NCBI RefSeq assembly: GCF_009914755.1
Contig: NC_060926.1
Reading direction: 5' to 3' (one strand)
Length of the DNA stretch: 64,000 nt
DNA from: the human T2T-CHM13v2.0 reference genome, Homo sapiens
The translations under genes were made by a program, and so were the position numbers. The first letter of the stretch is position 1. The number at the start of each line of letters is the position of its first letter. Below are positions 63,801 through 64,000 of the stretch, one piece after another. The notes beneath the pieces were generated by a model. It was given only the letters and a program-made list of their open reading frames with translations. It had not been told where the DNA came from and made no database searches.

Positions 63801-64000
63801 GATCAGTGTTTTTAAAGATCATAAAACTATTGATTCCAATGGCAGCTGCTGGCATGGCTGGAAACCACTGGATCAGAGGATGGGTGTGTGTAGTAAATGA
63901 CAGGTGTGGCAATGTTGGGAGACAGGCTACCCTGATTGCACTTATTGTTTGCAGTCATATGATCCCTGAGTCTGTACTAGTGGCTTCCCCAGCTGCAGAA

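Overview
Primate (human-like) genomic DNA covering the internal part of RMDN2 (FAM82A1, regulator of microtubule dynamics 2) on the + strand. The gene is recognised by reading the spliced exons, whose peptide matches RMDN2 as I remember it. Eight coding exons can be joined in frame across GT-AG introns. The first two are an alternative N-terminus: a 17-nt micro-CDS (MGKCL/S) at 13482-13498 and a 969-nt Ser-rich exon at 14136-15104. Six shared exons (36944-60414) encode the FFAT-like motif and the TPR-like domain. The canonical transmembrane-encoding 5' exon and the last exons lie outside the window. Most of the rest is transposon-derived: two L1PA7/8-type LINE-1s (-), a long L1MB carrying nested insertions, two SVAs, a full-length HSMAR2 mariner, THE1A and LTR40 solo LTRs, ten Alus, L2/MIR/L3/MER fragments, and a TSD-flanked 3'UTR retrocopy. 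Nearly all ORFs in the supplied track are repeat-derived or spurious. I found no wholly new biological system. The best leads are: (1) the alternative isoform appears to replace the TM anchor with a predicted myristoyl/palmitoyl motif and changes the FFAT context; (2) a possible standalone 358-aa read-through protein; (3) a candidate L1 5' transduction; (4) a templated-insertion repair scar forming a perfect 22-bp hairpin. Repeat subfamily calls come from recalled consensus sequences, not from a search.
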